A stretch of DNA of 64,000 nt from Brevundimonas sp. (GTDB lineage Bacteria > Pseudomonadota > Alphaproteobacteria > Caulobacterales > Caulobacteraceae), in the NCBI RefSeq assembly GCF_050729455.1, contig NZ_JBOHLI010000007.1:684-64683 (forward strand), given 5' to 3'. The notes beneath the pieces were generated by a model. The model was given only the letters and a program-made list of their open reading frames with translations. It did no database searches and was not told the DNA's origin. Below, in pieces: positions 33,680 through 42,216 of this stretch (positions within the stretch are counted from its first letter, which is position 1; each line of letters starts with the position of its first letter). Both the position numbers and the translations under genes were made by a program.

Positions 33680-34663
33680 TCAGCGTTTCGTGGCGGCGTC
33701 GATCGTGGCGCGGGCCTGTGCGATGGCGGCTTCGGTCGTGATTTCGCCGTCCTGGATCTTCTGGGCCAGCTCCATCAGCGGCGGGCCGGTGACGACGCCG
33801 GTCTGGGCTTCTTCCTCGACATAGACGCCGTTGCCCTTGGCGATGGCGGCGTCCCAGGCGTCGCGGACGGCGGCCCAATAGGCCTGCGTTGCCGCCCAGT
33901 AGTCGTCGCCGGCCTTGGGCGAGTAGCTGGTGGAGCGGTCGTAGGTGTTGACCACGTCTTCCTGAACGATGGCGACGGGCTCGCCGCCGGCCCGGCCGTT
34001 CATCTTCATATTGTCCTGGATGTGGACCCAGCCGTTGGGCGTCAGGGCGTGGCGGTTGCTGCCCAGATAGCGGTCATAGACGGGGTTCAGCACCGCATCG
34101 CGACGCGCCAGCGGCCGCCAGGTCGGCTCGGAGGTCCAGACCTTCATGCCGTTGACGTAGGTCCAGCGTCCCACGCCGCCGTAACGGGGCGAGTCGTCCG
34201 TCTGCCACACCGTCTGGGACCAGGCGCCCGCGCGCTGATCGGCGGAAACCGGAACCAGCGTCCACTGGTTCGGACCGGTGTAGGTCAGGACCGATTCCGG
34301 CTGATAGACCCAGTCCTGACGCCAGTGCTTGATGACGATGGCCTTGCCGTCGTGCTCCATGACCAGGATGTGCTGCAGGCTGATCCGGTCGCCCTTGTCA
34401 TAGACGACGCGCACGATCTCGCTGCCGCCCGACAGCTTGCCCTCCATCGGGTCGTAGTCGGCGTTGAAGCTGACGTTCTCGCGCATGTCGAAGTGGACGC
34501 GGAACTGGCCCGCCTGGGCCAGGATGGACTGGCGGTCACGCTCGAACGGGCTGGCGGGCGTGGCGGCGGCCAAGGCAGGTGTCTGAGCGGGCGTCTGGGC
34601 GGCGGCGATCGCGGCGGGGGCCGCGCCGGCCAGCAGGGCGGCGGCGAAAAGGATGGCGCGCAT
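33680..34663 (-). CDS. Secreted hypothetical protein co-transcribed with the haem-type TonB receptor
   Basis: ATG 34663 after AAGGAA gives MRAILFAAALLAGAAPAAIAAAQ (signal). Trp-rich body (HWRQDWVY...WSQTVWQTDDSPRYGGVGRWTY...). 45 nt downstream of the receptor stop. Confidence 0.7.
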   Translation of the reverse strand: MRAILFAAALLAGAAPAAIAAAQTPAQTPALAAATPASPFERDRQSILAQAGQFRVHFDMRENVSFNADYDPMEGKLSGGSEIVRVVYDKGDRISLQHILVMEHDGKAIVIKHWRQDWVYQPESVLTYTGPNQWTLVPVSADQRAGAWSQTVWQTDDSPRYGGVGRWTYVNGMKVWTSEPTWRPLARRDAVLNPVYDRYLGSNRHALTPNGWVHIQDNMKMNGRAGGEPVAIVQEDVVNTYDRSTSYSPKAGDDYWAATQAYWAAVRDAWDAAIAKGNGVYVEEEAQTGVVTGPPLMELAQKIQDGEITTEAAIAQARATIDAATKR

Positions 34664-34708
34664 CGAGGTTTCCTTGGTGATGTTCGTTTTCATGTTCGGG
34701 CCGGGGTC

Positions 34709-36925
34709 TCAGTAGCGGAGGTTGACGGAGACGCCGAAGTTGCGGCCGGGTTGGGTGAATGCGGGCAGGGTGGCCGGATCGGTCGGCGCAGCGACCGTGC
34801 CGCCGCGCGACAGGCCGCGCACGTCGCTCCACCAGGCGTAGGTCTCGTCGAGGGCGTTGAAGACCCCGGCGCGCAGGGTGGCCTTTTCCGTCACGTTCCA
34901 GAAGGCGGTCAGGTCCAGGATGGCGAACTCTTCGCCCTGCCAGCAGTTGCCGCCGCCGCAGCCGGCGCGGTCCTTCTTGTCCGACCAGGTGACGGTGGCC
35001 GAACCACCCCAGACGCCCGACGGCGCGGCGTAGTTCAGGCCGCCGACGACCTTGACTGGATCAATGCTGGTCAGCTTGCCGCGCGCGCCGTCCGTCTCCT
35101 GATCGCCGTCGGCGAAGGAGGCGGCGACGATGGCCGAGACGCCGTTGTCCCAATGGATATCGCCGCGCGCTTCCAGACCCCAGATCTTCACTTCGGTCAG
35201 GTTGACGTATTGGTAGATCAGCGGGTCGACGCCCGGCACGCCGGTTCCGCGCACCACCACCTGATTGATGAAGTCGTCATAGTCGGTGTGGAAGGCCGTG
35301 GTCGACAGCGACAGGGCGCCGCCGAACGCCTTCAGATTGCGGAAGCGCACGCCCGCCTCGATGCTCTCGCTGGTTTCGGGCGTCAGGTCCGGGTTCGGGA
35401 TGGACTCATAGCCGAACACCGGGTTGGCGAAGAAGTTGTTCACCTGCATCGGCGAGGGCGCCTTGAAGCCCTGTGCATAGTTGGCGAAGACGCCGAAGTG
35501 GTCGTCGGCCCAGAACATCACGCCGATCTTGGGCGACAGGTGGCTGTCGCTCTGGCCCGCCGAAGGGGCGGGGAACAGGGCGTCGGCCTTGGGTGTCAGC
35601 TCATACCAGTCGTAGCGCAGCGCCGGGATGATGCTGAGACGGCCGCCCAGCAGTTCGATCTCGTCCTGAATGAACAGGCCGGCCAGGTCGTATTCCGTCC
35701 TGGGGAAGGGGCGGGCGGGGAAGGGCTCGCCCATCGGCGGGACCGTGCCGTTGCGGATGCCTTCCTGGGTGGTGCGCGACCAGTCGCCGCCGACGGTGAC
35801 GCGGTGCTGTATCGCCTCGCCGCCAAAGGTCTTCGATCCTTGCGCCGCCATGCCCCAGACCGTGTTGTCGAAGGTGACGTCGCGGGTGCGATCGACGGCG
35901 GGCGTGCGGTCCTCATAGGTGAACTGGCGCGTGGTCGCGTCCTGCCAGTAGGCGGCGACCGAGCCGTCATCCAGGCCGAAGACGTCGTCGAAGCGCCAGT
36001 CCAGGCTGACGCGGTCGCGCCGGGTCTCGTCGTGCGCCGTCAGGCCGATGACGGTGGCCGAATAGCTGCTCAGCGCCTCGCCATCCATCTCCTGATCGAA
36101 GTGGTCGTAGGTCAGGCGGACGGCGTGGTTGTCGTTGGCGTCCCAGACCAGCTTGCCCAGGATGGCGTTTGAGGCGATTTCCTGCGGGTTCGGCTGGGTC
36201 CGGGCCGAGCCCGTGCCGCCGACCTCGGCCATGTTCTCGGTCTCATGGGCGTCGCGGCGGGTGTAGGCCAGCAGCCCGGACAACGAGCCGGCGCGGCCCG
36301 CGAGCGCCAGACCCTCGGTCCAGCCGTCGTCGGCCGAGTTGTAGCCGACCCGGGCGCGGGCGCCGAAGCTGCGGCCGCTGTCGATGAAGTCGGCCGGGTC
36401 CTTGGAGGTGAAGCTGACCGCGCCGGCGATGCCGTCCGAGCCATAGAGGGCCGAGGCGGGGCCGCGCAGGATCTCGACCGACTTGACCAGATCCAGGTCG
36501 TTGTAGCCGCCGCGCCCCACGCTCTGGGCGCCGAAGGCGAAGCCGTCGGGCACCCGAACGCCGTCCTGGATGATCAGCACCCGGTTGCCGCCCATGCCGC
36601 GAATGGTGAAGCCCGAGTTGCCGTCGCGGCCCGCGCCCGACAGGGCGGCCGAGAAGCGGGCGGGGCTGGTGGGGACGCTGACGCCCGGCTCGAACCGGAT
36701 CAGGTCCTTGATATCGGTGACCAGATTGTTCTCGATGGTCTCGGCGGTGATGACGCTGACGGTGGCGGGCACATCGTCCACGCGGCGCTGGGTGCGGGTG
36801 CCGACGACAGTGATCGGCGCGACCGGCACGGCCTTCTGCAGATCGACGACTTCCTCGGCCAAGGCAGGGAAGGCGGCGGCTGAAAGGGCGGTCAGCCCGG
36901 CGGAGAACATCAGAAACGAGCGCAT
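34709..36925 (-). CDS. TonB-dependent receptor, haemoglobin/transferrin/lactoferrin (haem-type) family
   Basis: Signal MRSFLMFSAGLTALSAAAFPALA. Plug motifs DIKDLIRFEPGVSV...FTIRGMGGNRVLIIQDGVRVPD. FKAPS and NPDL boxes in the positions of FRAP/NPNL. Terminal ...VSVNLRY. Confidence 0.85.
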   Translation of the reverse strand: MRSFLMFSAGLTALSAAAFPALAEEVVDLQKAVPVAPITVVGTRTQRRVDDVPATVSVITAETIENNLVTDIKDLIRFEPGVSVPTSPARFSAALSGAGRDGNSGFTIRGMGGNRVLIIQDGVRVPDGFAFGAQSVGRGGYNDLDLVKSVEILRGPASALYGSDGIAGAVSFTSKDPADFIDSGRSFGARARVGYNSADDGWTEGLALAGRAGSLSGLLAYTRRDAHETENMAEVGGTGSARTQPNPQEIASNAILGKLVWDANDNHAVRLTYDHFDQEMDGEALSSYSATVIGLTAHDETRRDRVSLDWRFDDVFGLDDGSVAAYWQDATTRQFTYEDRTPAVDRTRDVTFDNTVWGMAAQGSKTFGGEAIQHRVTVGGDWSRTTQEGIRNGTVPPMGEPFPARPFPRTEYDLAGLFIQDEIELLGGRLSIIPALRYDWYELTPKADALFPAPSAGQSDSHLSPKIGVMFWADDHFGVFANYAQGFKAPSPMQVNNFFANPVFGYESIPNPDLTPETSESIEAGVRFRNLKAFGGALSLSTTAFHTDYDDFINQVVVRGTGVPGVDPLIYQYVNLTEVKIWGLEARGDIHWDNGVSAIVAASFADGDQETDGARGKLTSIDPVKVVGGLNYAAPSGVWGGSATVTWSDKKDRAGCGGGNCWQGEEFAILDLTAFWNVTEKATLRAGVFNALDETYAWWSDVRGLSRGGTVAAPTDPATLPAFTQPGRNFGVSVNLRY

Positions 36926-36964
36926 GGTTACAGCCCCGGTTGGAGAGAGTTGCGCAATTACTGC

Positions 36965-36983
36965 GAACGATTATCAGAATCAA
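36965..36983. promoter_or_regulatory. Candidate Fur box
   Basis: The minus strand reads TTGATTCTGATAATCGTTC. The core CTGATAATCGTT matches ATGATAATCATT of the classical Fur consensus at 10/12. It lies 40-58 nt upstream of the receptor start. Confidence 0.45.
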
Positions 36984-37018
36984 CCGCAATTTCGACGTCA
37001 TCTTGAAACCGGCGCCGG

Positions 37019-37291
37019 CTATGAGGCGCGCTGAAGTGCGACGCCGAGGGCGAGGGCTCGCAATGAGCGGGTGCGGATGACAGCCACGGCGCCGCAGCGA
37101 TCGCCCGGTGCGGCTGCTGCGGCGCATGACCCCGAGGGACCGACGGTCAGAAACTCGTCCGGCGACAGCTGGCGGTGGGTGGTCGAGGCCGGGTGGCAGA
37201 CCAGGGACCTGGCGTCGCCGATGTTGACAAGGCGGGTGAACAGCTTGACCGCGTCCTGGAAGCGCCCGCCAGCCTCGCGGCCTCCGTCCAC
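37019..37291 (-). pseudogene. 3' remnant of an O-acetylhomoserine sulfhydrylase (MetY-type PLP enzyme) gene
   Basis: [44 protein letters not shown] matches only the C-terminal end of Cys/Met-metabolism PLP enzymes. The roughly 340 N-terminal codons are absent and the tail appears frame-disrupted. Confidence 0.7.
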
Positions 37292-37311
37292 GCCCCCATT
37301 AGGTCATGGCC

Positions 37312-37346
37312 CATAAAATAACAGGGTCACCCGACGGGCGACCCTG
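37312..37346 (-). terminator. Rho-independent terminator of the 508-aa gene
   Basis: The minus strand reads CAGGGTCGCCCG-T-CGGGTGACCCTG followed by TTATTTTAT. Confidence 0.75.
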
Positions 37347-37404
37347 CAGAAAAAACTTATTCAACAATCAGCTAAGCTAAAGATTGCCGAGCGCGGTATG
37401 CAGA

Positions 37405-38931
37405 TCAGGCAGGGTAGTAACCGATTAGAACGGGGCTGCTGCCGTCGCGATCGTAGGTAAACTCTAGGCTGACGCCTTCACCGCTTCGGATCAAGTTCAG
37501 TCTGTGTGACCAGAGCGGGATCGTGGCCGTGCCATTGTTAAATGGAGCGTTGATCTGAAGAACAACAACTTCTTCGCCGTCCTTGCTGGCCATCACCCGC
37601 ACAATGGCCTCATTGGCATTGATGCGATGCAGTTGGAAATGAACATCGACTGGGGCCAGCATGGGCGTTTGCGAGACTTCAACATCGAAATCGATCGCTT
37701 CGGTACCGACTATTGCCGCGAAGCGGTCAGTGGTAGCCAGCCAAGCCGCACTGCCGTTTGGCCAGTTCGCTTCCAGCACTCCGGTTCGCATGCTCATGGC
37801 GAGGCATTTAATCGTGGGTTTACGCGTCCAGATCGTTCCCGAGCCTATCGCACCGCACCACACACGGTTGGACGTCAGTGTGCCAAGCTCGGTAGAGCGA
37901 ATGATCTCCAGCTGATGCATGATCGTGCCAGCTTCAGCAGTTTCGTGGATCAGGGGTGCCGTCATCTGCAGTTGTTTGGTCAAACGGCCTGTTACCGCAT
38001 AGGAGGCCTTCCCCGTCAGCATAGTGCCGCCACGGATAATGATGCCGTTCTGTGCCGTCATCTGGGTCGGATCAAAGCGCAGGGCGCCGATCACATAAGG
38101 TGTGGGCGCGATACCGGCGGCCTGTTCCGGCTGTTCTGTCTCTTCGCCGGTCATGTCGATGGGCTCTTCCTCGAAGAGCGACAGGTCCAGCGCAGGGGCG
38201 ACACGCTCGGAGACGATGCCGAGGCTGGCGCCTTCAGCGGAAGGGCTGAGGGTTAAGCTTAAACCGTCGTAGGGCAGGCTGTAGCCGGTATCTGAGGCTG
38301 GCATGACGCGATCGTGGCTCAGGCCACGCGCGGTCTTGTCCGATTGAACAGCGGGACCGATAATCTGGCTGCGAATGGCCAGCCCATTATCACGCTGGCG
38401 TTGATAGCTGATGACCAGTTCGAACTCGGACGCCGTTTCGGCGGGTAGCACCTCGACGCGATCAACATGGTCCTCGCGGCGCGTAGTGTTCAGGCTGCTT
38501 ACCGCCCACCATGACGCGGCGTAAAATGCAGGGGTCACAAGGGCGGCCTTGCCGTCTGCGGCTTCGACCATGCAAACGATCTGGGCCGACCATGAGAACA
38601 TGGCCTTGACTTCGCCGGGACCACACCAGGCGCGGATCGGTTCGTATTGCTGGGCGCCAAACGGACGGAAGGACAGGAACGCGACAGGTGCGCCCTGTTT
38701 CATACGCACGGTCGAGGTCGCTATATCTGCTGCCAGACGGCCTTCGCGACGAAGACGGTAGGGAGCGGTCAGGATGGCTTCGCCACGCTGGGCGTTCTCG
38801 CTGACAACGGGTTCGCCGACAGGGATGAAGCCTCTGCTGGCGGCCCGCAAACGATCAATGCCGATTTGCTGGGGAAATGATCTGTGCGCTAGCGGGCTTT
38901 TCGTTAGCGTCTTGAGCAAAGGCGGGTCCAC
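37405..38931 (-). CDS. Hypothetical 508-aa protein, lower GC, internal two-fold repeat; N-terminus probably disrupted
   Basis: Single long ORF. Hand count 33/60 G+C for 37621-37680. Two halves share a (R)(A/V)WCG...C(M/L) pattern (IRAWCGPGE...IVCMVEA and NRVWCGAIG...IKCLAMS). I recognise no family. Confidence 0.65.
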   Translation of the reverse strand: MDPPLLKTLTKSPLAHRSFPQQIGIDRLRAASRGFIPVGEPVVSENAQRGEAILTAPYRLRREGRLAADIATSTVRMKQGAPVAFLSFRPFGAQQYEPIRAWCGPGEVKAMFSWSAQIVCMVEAADGKAALVTPAFYAASWWAVSSLNTTRREDHVDRVEVLPAETASEFELVISYQRQRDNGLAIRSQIIGPAVQSDKTARGLSHDRVMPASDTGYSLPYDGLSLTLSPSAEGASLGIVSERVAPALDLSLFEEEPIDMTGEETEQPEQAAGIAPTPYVIGALRFDPTQMTAQNGIIIRGGTMLTGKASYAVTGRLTKQLQMTAPLIHETAEAGTIMHQLEIIRSTELGTLTSNRVWCGAIGSGTIWTRKPTIKCLAMSMRTGVLEANWPNGSAAWLATTDRFAAIVGTEAIDFDVEVSQTPMLAPVDVHFQLHRINANEAIVRVMASKDGEEVVVLQINAPFNNGTATIPLWSHRLNLIRSGEGVSLEFTYDRDGSSPVLIGYYPA

Positions 38932-38974
38932 CGACCAGCAATGCTAAGATTACCAGCCGATGGACCTTGCGCAT
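38855..38974 (-). other. 39-codon ORF encoding a Sec signal peptide, probably the displaced 5' end of the 508-aa gene
   Basis: MRKVHRLVILALLVGGPAFAQDANEKPASAQIISPANRH-stop. Its ATG shares the A of the ychF TGA (TGATG). It is one nucleotide out of frame with ORF 37405-38931, which it overlaps. Confidence 0.55.
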
Positions 38975-40071
38975 CAGTTGTTGAACAGGAAGTGCATCAC
39001 GTCGCCGTCCTTGACGACATAGGCCTTGCCTTCGGCGCGCATCTTGCCGGCTTCCTTGGCGCCCGCTTCGCCCTTCAGCGCGACATAGTCGTCGAAGGCG
39101 ATGGTCTCGCCGCGGATGAAGCCCTTTTCGAAGTCGGTGTGGATGACGCCGGCGGCTTGCGGGGCGGTGGCACCGACGGGGATGGTCCAGGCGCGGGCTT
39201 CCTTGGGACCGACGGTGAAGTAGGTCTGCAGGCCCAGCAACTTGTAGGCCTCGCGGATCAGGCGGTTCAGGCCGGGCTCTTCCAGACCCAGGGTCTCGAG
39301 GAACTCCTTCTGCTCCTCGTCGTCCAGGACGGCGATTTCCGACTCGATCTGGGCCGAGATGACCACCGAGTTGGCGTGGTCCTCGGCGGCGCGCTTGGCG
39401 ACCAGGTCGGACAGCTCATTGCCCTTGTCGGCCGAGGCTTCTTCCACGTTGGCGACATAGAGGGCGGGCAGGGCGGTCAGCAGCTGCAGCATGTCCCAGG
39501 CCTTCTTGTCCTCCTTGGACACCTCGGCCAGACGTGCGGGCTTGCCGTCGCGCAGCTTCTCGAGCGCGGCGTCGATCAGCTTCAGCGTCAGCTGGGATTC
39601 CTTGTCGCCGCCCTTGGCGCGCTTCTCGACCTGAACGCGACGGCGCTCCAGGCTCTCGAGATCGGCCAGCATCAGTTCGGTCTCGATGATCTCGAGGTCC
39701 GAGATCGGGTCGATGCGGTTCTCGACGTGGGTGATGTCGTCATCGACGAAGCAGCGCGCGACGAAGGCCACGGCGTCGCAGTCGCGGATGTTGGCCAGGA
39801 ACTGGTTGCCCAGACCCTCGCCCTTGGACGCGCCGCGCACCAGACCGGCCACGTCGACGAAGGTGATCCGCGCGGGGATGATTTCCTTCGACCCGGCGAT
39901 CTCCGCCAGGGTGTTCAGGCGGGCTTCCGGCACGGCCACGTCGCCGGTGTTCGGCTCGATGGTGCAGAACGGATAGTTGGCGGCCTGAGCCGCCGCCGTC
40001 TTGGTCAGGGCGTTGAACAGGGTGGACTTGCCGACGTTGGGCAGGCCGACGATCGCGACTTTAAGGGCCAT
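38974..40071 (-). CDS. ychF: Ribosome-binding (redox-regulated) ATPase YchF
   Basis: MALKVAIVGLPNVGKSTLFNALT...ANYPFCTIEPN...C-terminal TGS-like ...VVKDGDVMHFLFN. Confidence 0.95.
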   Translation of the reverse strand: MALKVAIVGLPNVGKSTLFNALTKTAAAQAANYPFCTIEPNTGDVAVPEARLNTLAEIAGSKEIIPARITFVDVAGLVRGASKGEGLGNQFLANIRDCDAVAFVARCFVDDDITHVENRIDPISDLEIIETELMLADLESLERRRVQVEKRAKGGDKESQLTLKLIDAALEKLRDGKPARLAEVSKEDKKAWDMLQLLTALPALYVANVEEASADKGNELSDLVAKRAAEDHANSVVISAQIESEIAVLDDEEQKEFLETLGLEEPGLNRLIREAYKLLGLQTYFTVGPKEARAWTIPVGATAPQAAGVIHTDFEKGFIRGETIAFDDYVALKGEAGAKEAGKMRAEGKAYVVKDGDVMHFLFNN

Positions 40072-40141
40072 GGGATTCCTCGTGAGCGCGAGCCTTTAGC
40101 GGGTTCGAGCCTGTTTGTCAGGTGCGGGGACGAGCAACAGA

Positions 40142-40342
40142 CCCTCTCCTTTTGGGAGAGGGCTTGAGCGCACGAGAGCGAAGCGATCGTTCTTGCGCGA
40201 AAGGGTGAGGGTTCCGCGCTGTAAATCGGCGTGAGCCGTGGCGCGGCGGCTTGCGCCGACGGAGGGCTGCGACCCTCACCCTTTCGCTTGGCGGATCGCC
40301 TTCGGCTCTCCGAAGCTCAAGCCCTCTCCCATCGGGAGAGGG
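40142..40342. repeat. Two inverted copies of a ~71-nt palindromic (REP/BIME-like) unit
   Basis: Left arm 40142-40212 (CCCTCTCCTTTTGGGAGAGGGCTTGAGCG...CGAAAGGGTGAGGGT) and the reverse complement of right arm 40272-40342 (CCCTCTCCCGATGGGAGAGGGCTTGAGCT...CGAAAGGGTGAGGGT) align along their length. Each arm begins with its own hairpin. Confidence 0.8.
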
Positions 40343-40353
40343 AAGGCCGCTGC

Positions 40354-40824
40354 CTACTCCTCCGAATCCACCACCGGCGGCTGCTTCACCGCAGCGTGGA
40401 CGCCGATGGCCGGGGCCTTCTCGAAGGTCAGGGTGAAGGAGGCGACGCCGCCGTCGACCAGAGGATCGCGCAGGCCCATCAGCATGAGGTGCGTGGAGCC
40501 CGGCTTCAGCTCGACCTTCTGACCGGCGGGCAGGGGCAGGCCGTCCTTCAGCTCGCCCATGCTCATGACGCCGTTCTCCATCTTCATCTCGTGGATCTGG
40601 GCGCTTTCGGCCAGGGCCGTCGAGACGCTGAGCAGGCGGTCGTCGGAACCGGCCGTCAGGGTGACGTAGCAGCCGCCGACCTTGGCGCCGTTGGGCGTCG
40701 GGCGGCACCAGGCGTCGGCGACCGTGACGGTTCCGGGCGCGGCGGCGGTCTCGGCCGTCTTTTCAGCGGGCTGGCCGCAGGCGGCGAGGCCGAGGAAGGC
40801 GGTGAGGGCGAGGATGCGTTTCAT
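40354..40824 (-). CDS. Periplasmic copper chaperone PCu(A)C (DUF461) lipoprotein
   Basis: Lipobox LGLAAC. Met/His motifs IHEMKMENGVMSM and THLMLMG. Confidence 0.85.
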   Translation of the reverse strand: MKRILALTAFLGLAACGQPAEKTAETAAAPGTVTVADAWCRPTPNGAKVGGCYVTLTAGSDDRLLSVSTALAESAQIHEMKMENGVMSMGELKDGLPLPAGQKVELKPGSTHLMLMGLRDPLVDGGVASFTLTFEKAPAIGVHAAVKQPPVVDSEE

Positions 40825-40839
40825 GGCGGGTCTTTCTCT

Positions 40840-42216
40840 TCAGGAAACGGCGGGCCGGCGCCGCATGAGGCGTCGCGCGGCGAAATCGAGCAGCAGAACG
40901 GTCACGAGGCTCAGTCCCGTCAGGGGATAAAGGATGCATAGCGGGATGACGATCCCCAGCACGGCCGCCCGCACGCGGGGACCGGGCGGGGCCGTCGGCG
41001 CGCCTAGGCTAACGCCGGGGCGGGCGCGAGACAGGCTGGGCGGGCGGCGTTTCCACCACATCATCAGGCCGCTGACGCCCAGCAGCCAGACGCCGAGGCA
41101 GCCGGCCAGCATGATCAGGCGATTGATCTGTCCGAACTGCGTGCCCTGGTGAGTGTAGATGCCCCACTCGATCGCCTTGGCGCCGGGGCCGAAACGCTCG
41201 AAGCCGATGTCGGCCAGAACAGCGCCCCTCGCGGGGTCGATGTAGAGGGTGCGGCTGTCCTGCACCCGACGGACCTGGGCGGTGACGGTATAGGCCGTGC
41301 CGGGCTGGGCCGGGATCGACACCGTATAGGGACGGGGCAGGTCATGGGCCGCCGCCGCCGCGACCACGCCTGTCAGGTCCAGTCGGCCATGAGACGGCGA
41401 CGGCAGGACGACGCCCTCCATGGTCCAGCCGGCCCCGGCGGGATGATCGTGATGCTCGGCTTTTTGCCAGGCGCCGGCGACGGGCGCGGGCGGACGGCCC
41501 CAGCCGCTGGCCTTGACCACGCCCATGACCTGATCGCCCCAGACGGCGGACCAGGGCATCCCCGTCACGGCCAGGAACAGGACGACCCCGCCGACATAGA
41601 GGCCGACCAAGGCGTGCAGGTCGCGCCAGAAGGGGCGGCGGCGCGCATCGGTTTCCCGAGGGATCAGCACCGCGCCCTGACGCCGTCGCGGCCACCACAG
41701 GTGAAGCCCGGTGGCGCACAGGACGATGGTCCAGCCGGCGACGATCTCGATCAGGATGTTCAGGGTCGTGCCGGTCGTCCCGCCGAGCAGGCTGAGGGAG
41801 TGCAGCTTCTTGATGGTCTCGGTGACGCCGCCATCGTCGATGACGCCGGTCACGCGGGCCGTATGCGGATCGACGAAGACCATCTTCTGGGCGCCGTCGG
41901 GCCGGTCGACGCGCACCTTCACCGCCTGATCGGGGGCGGCGGGCAGCAGGAGGTTGGCCGCGCGTCCGCCGCCGGCCTTGGCCGCGCTGGCGATCCAGGC
42001 CTCGGGCGCGGCTCGGGCGGCGGAGGGCGCGATCTGGATCATGCGTCGGTGGGCGAGCTGATCGATCTCGTCCTTGAACAGATAGAGGCCGCCGGTCAGG
42101 GCCAGCAGCATCAGGAAGGGCATGACGATCACGCCGGCATAGAAATGCCAGCGCCAGACGGCGCGGTAGGCGCCGGACATCACGTCCGGCGCCTTTCCCT
42201 TGATTGCTGCAGGCAT
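40840..42216 (-). CDS. PepSY-associated transmembrane protein
   Basis: MPAAIKGKAPDVMSGAYRAVWRWHFYAGVIVMPFLMLLALTGGLYLF...IEWGIYTHQGTQFG. ATG 42216 shares the A of the upstream receptor TGA. The track start 42462 overlaps the receptor. Confidence 0.85.
   Translation of the reverse strand: MPAAIKGKAPDVMSGAYRAVWRWHFYAGVIVMPFLMLLALTGGLYLFKDEIDQLAHRRMIQIAPSAARAAPEAWIASAAKAGGGRAANLLLPAAPDQAVKVRVDRPDGAQKMVFVDPHTARVTGVIDDGGVTETIKKLHSLSLLGGTTGTTLNILIEIVAGWTIVLCATGLHLWWPRRRQGAVLIPRETDARRRPFWRDLHALVGLYVGGVVLFLAVTGMPWSAVWGDQVMGVVKASGWGRPPAPVAGAWQKAEHHDHPAGAGWTMEGVVLPSPSHGRLDLTGVVAAAAAHDLPRPYTVSIPAQPGTAYTVTAQVRRVQDSRTLYIDPARGAVLADIGFERFGPGAKAIEWGIYTHQGTQFGQINRLIMLAGCLGVWLLGVSGLMMWWKRRPPSLSRARPGVSLGAPTAPPGPRVRAAVLGIVIPLCILYPLTGLSLVTVLLLDFAARRLMRRRPAVS

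Noticed and set aside
30040-36172. ORFs 30040-31698 (-), 31847-33505 (-) and 34022-36172 (+).
   Set aside because: They are antisense to the M28 peptidases and the haem-type receptor. They have no motifs and a biased composition.
40091-40115. GGGTTCGAGCC, which looks like a tRNA T-arm/T-loop.
   Set aside because: There is no complementary T-stem, acceptor stem or anticodon arm around it. It lies in the ychF leader next to the REP-like element.
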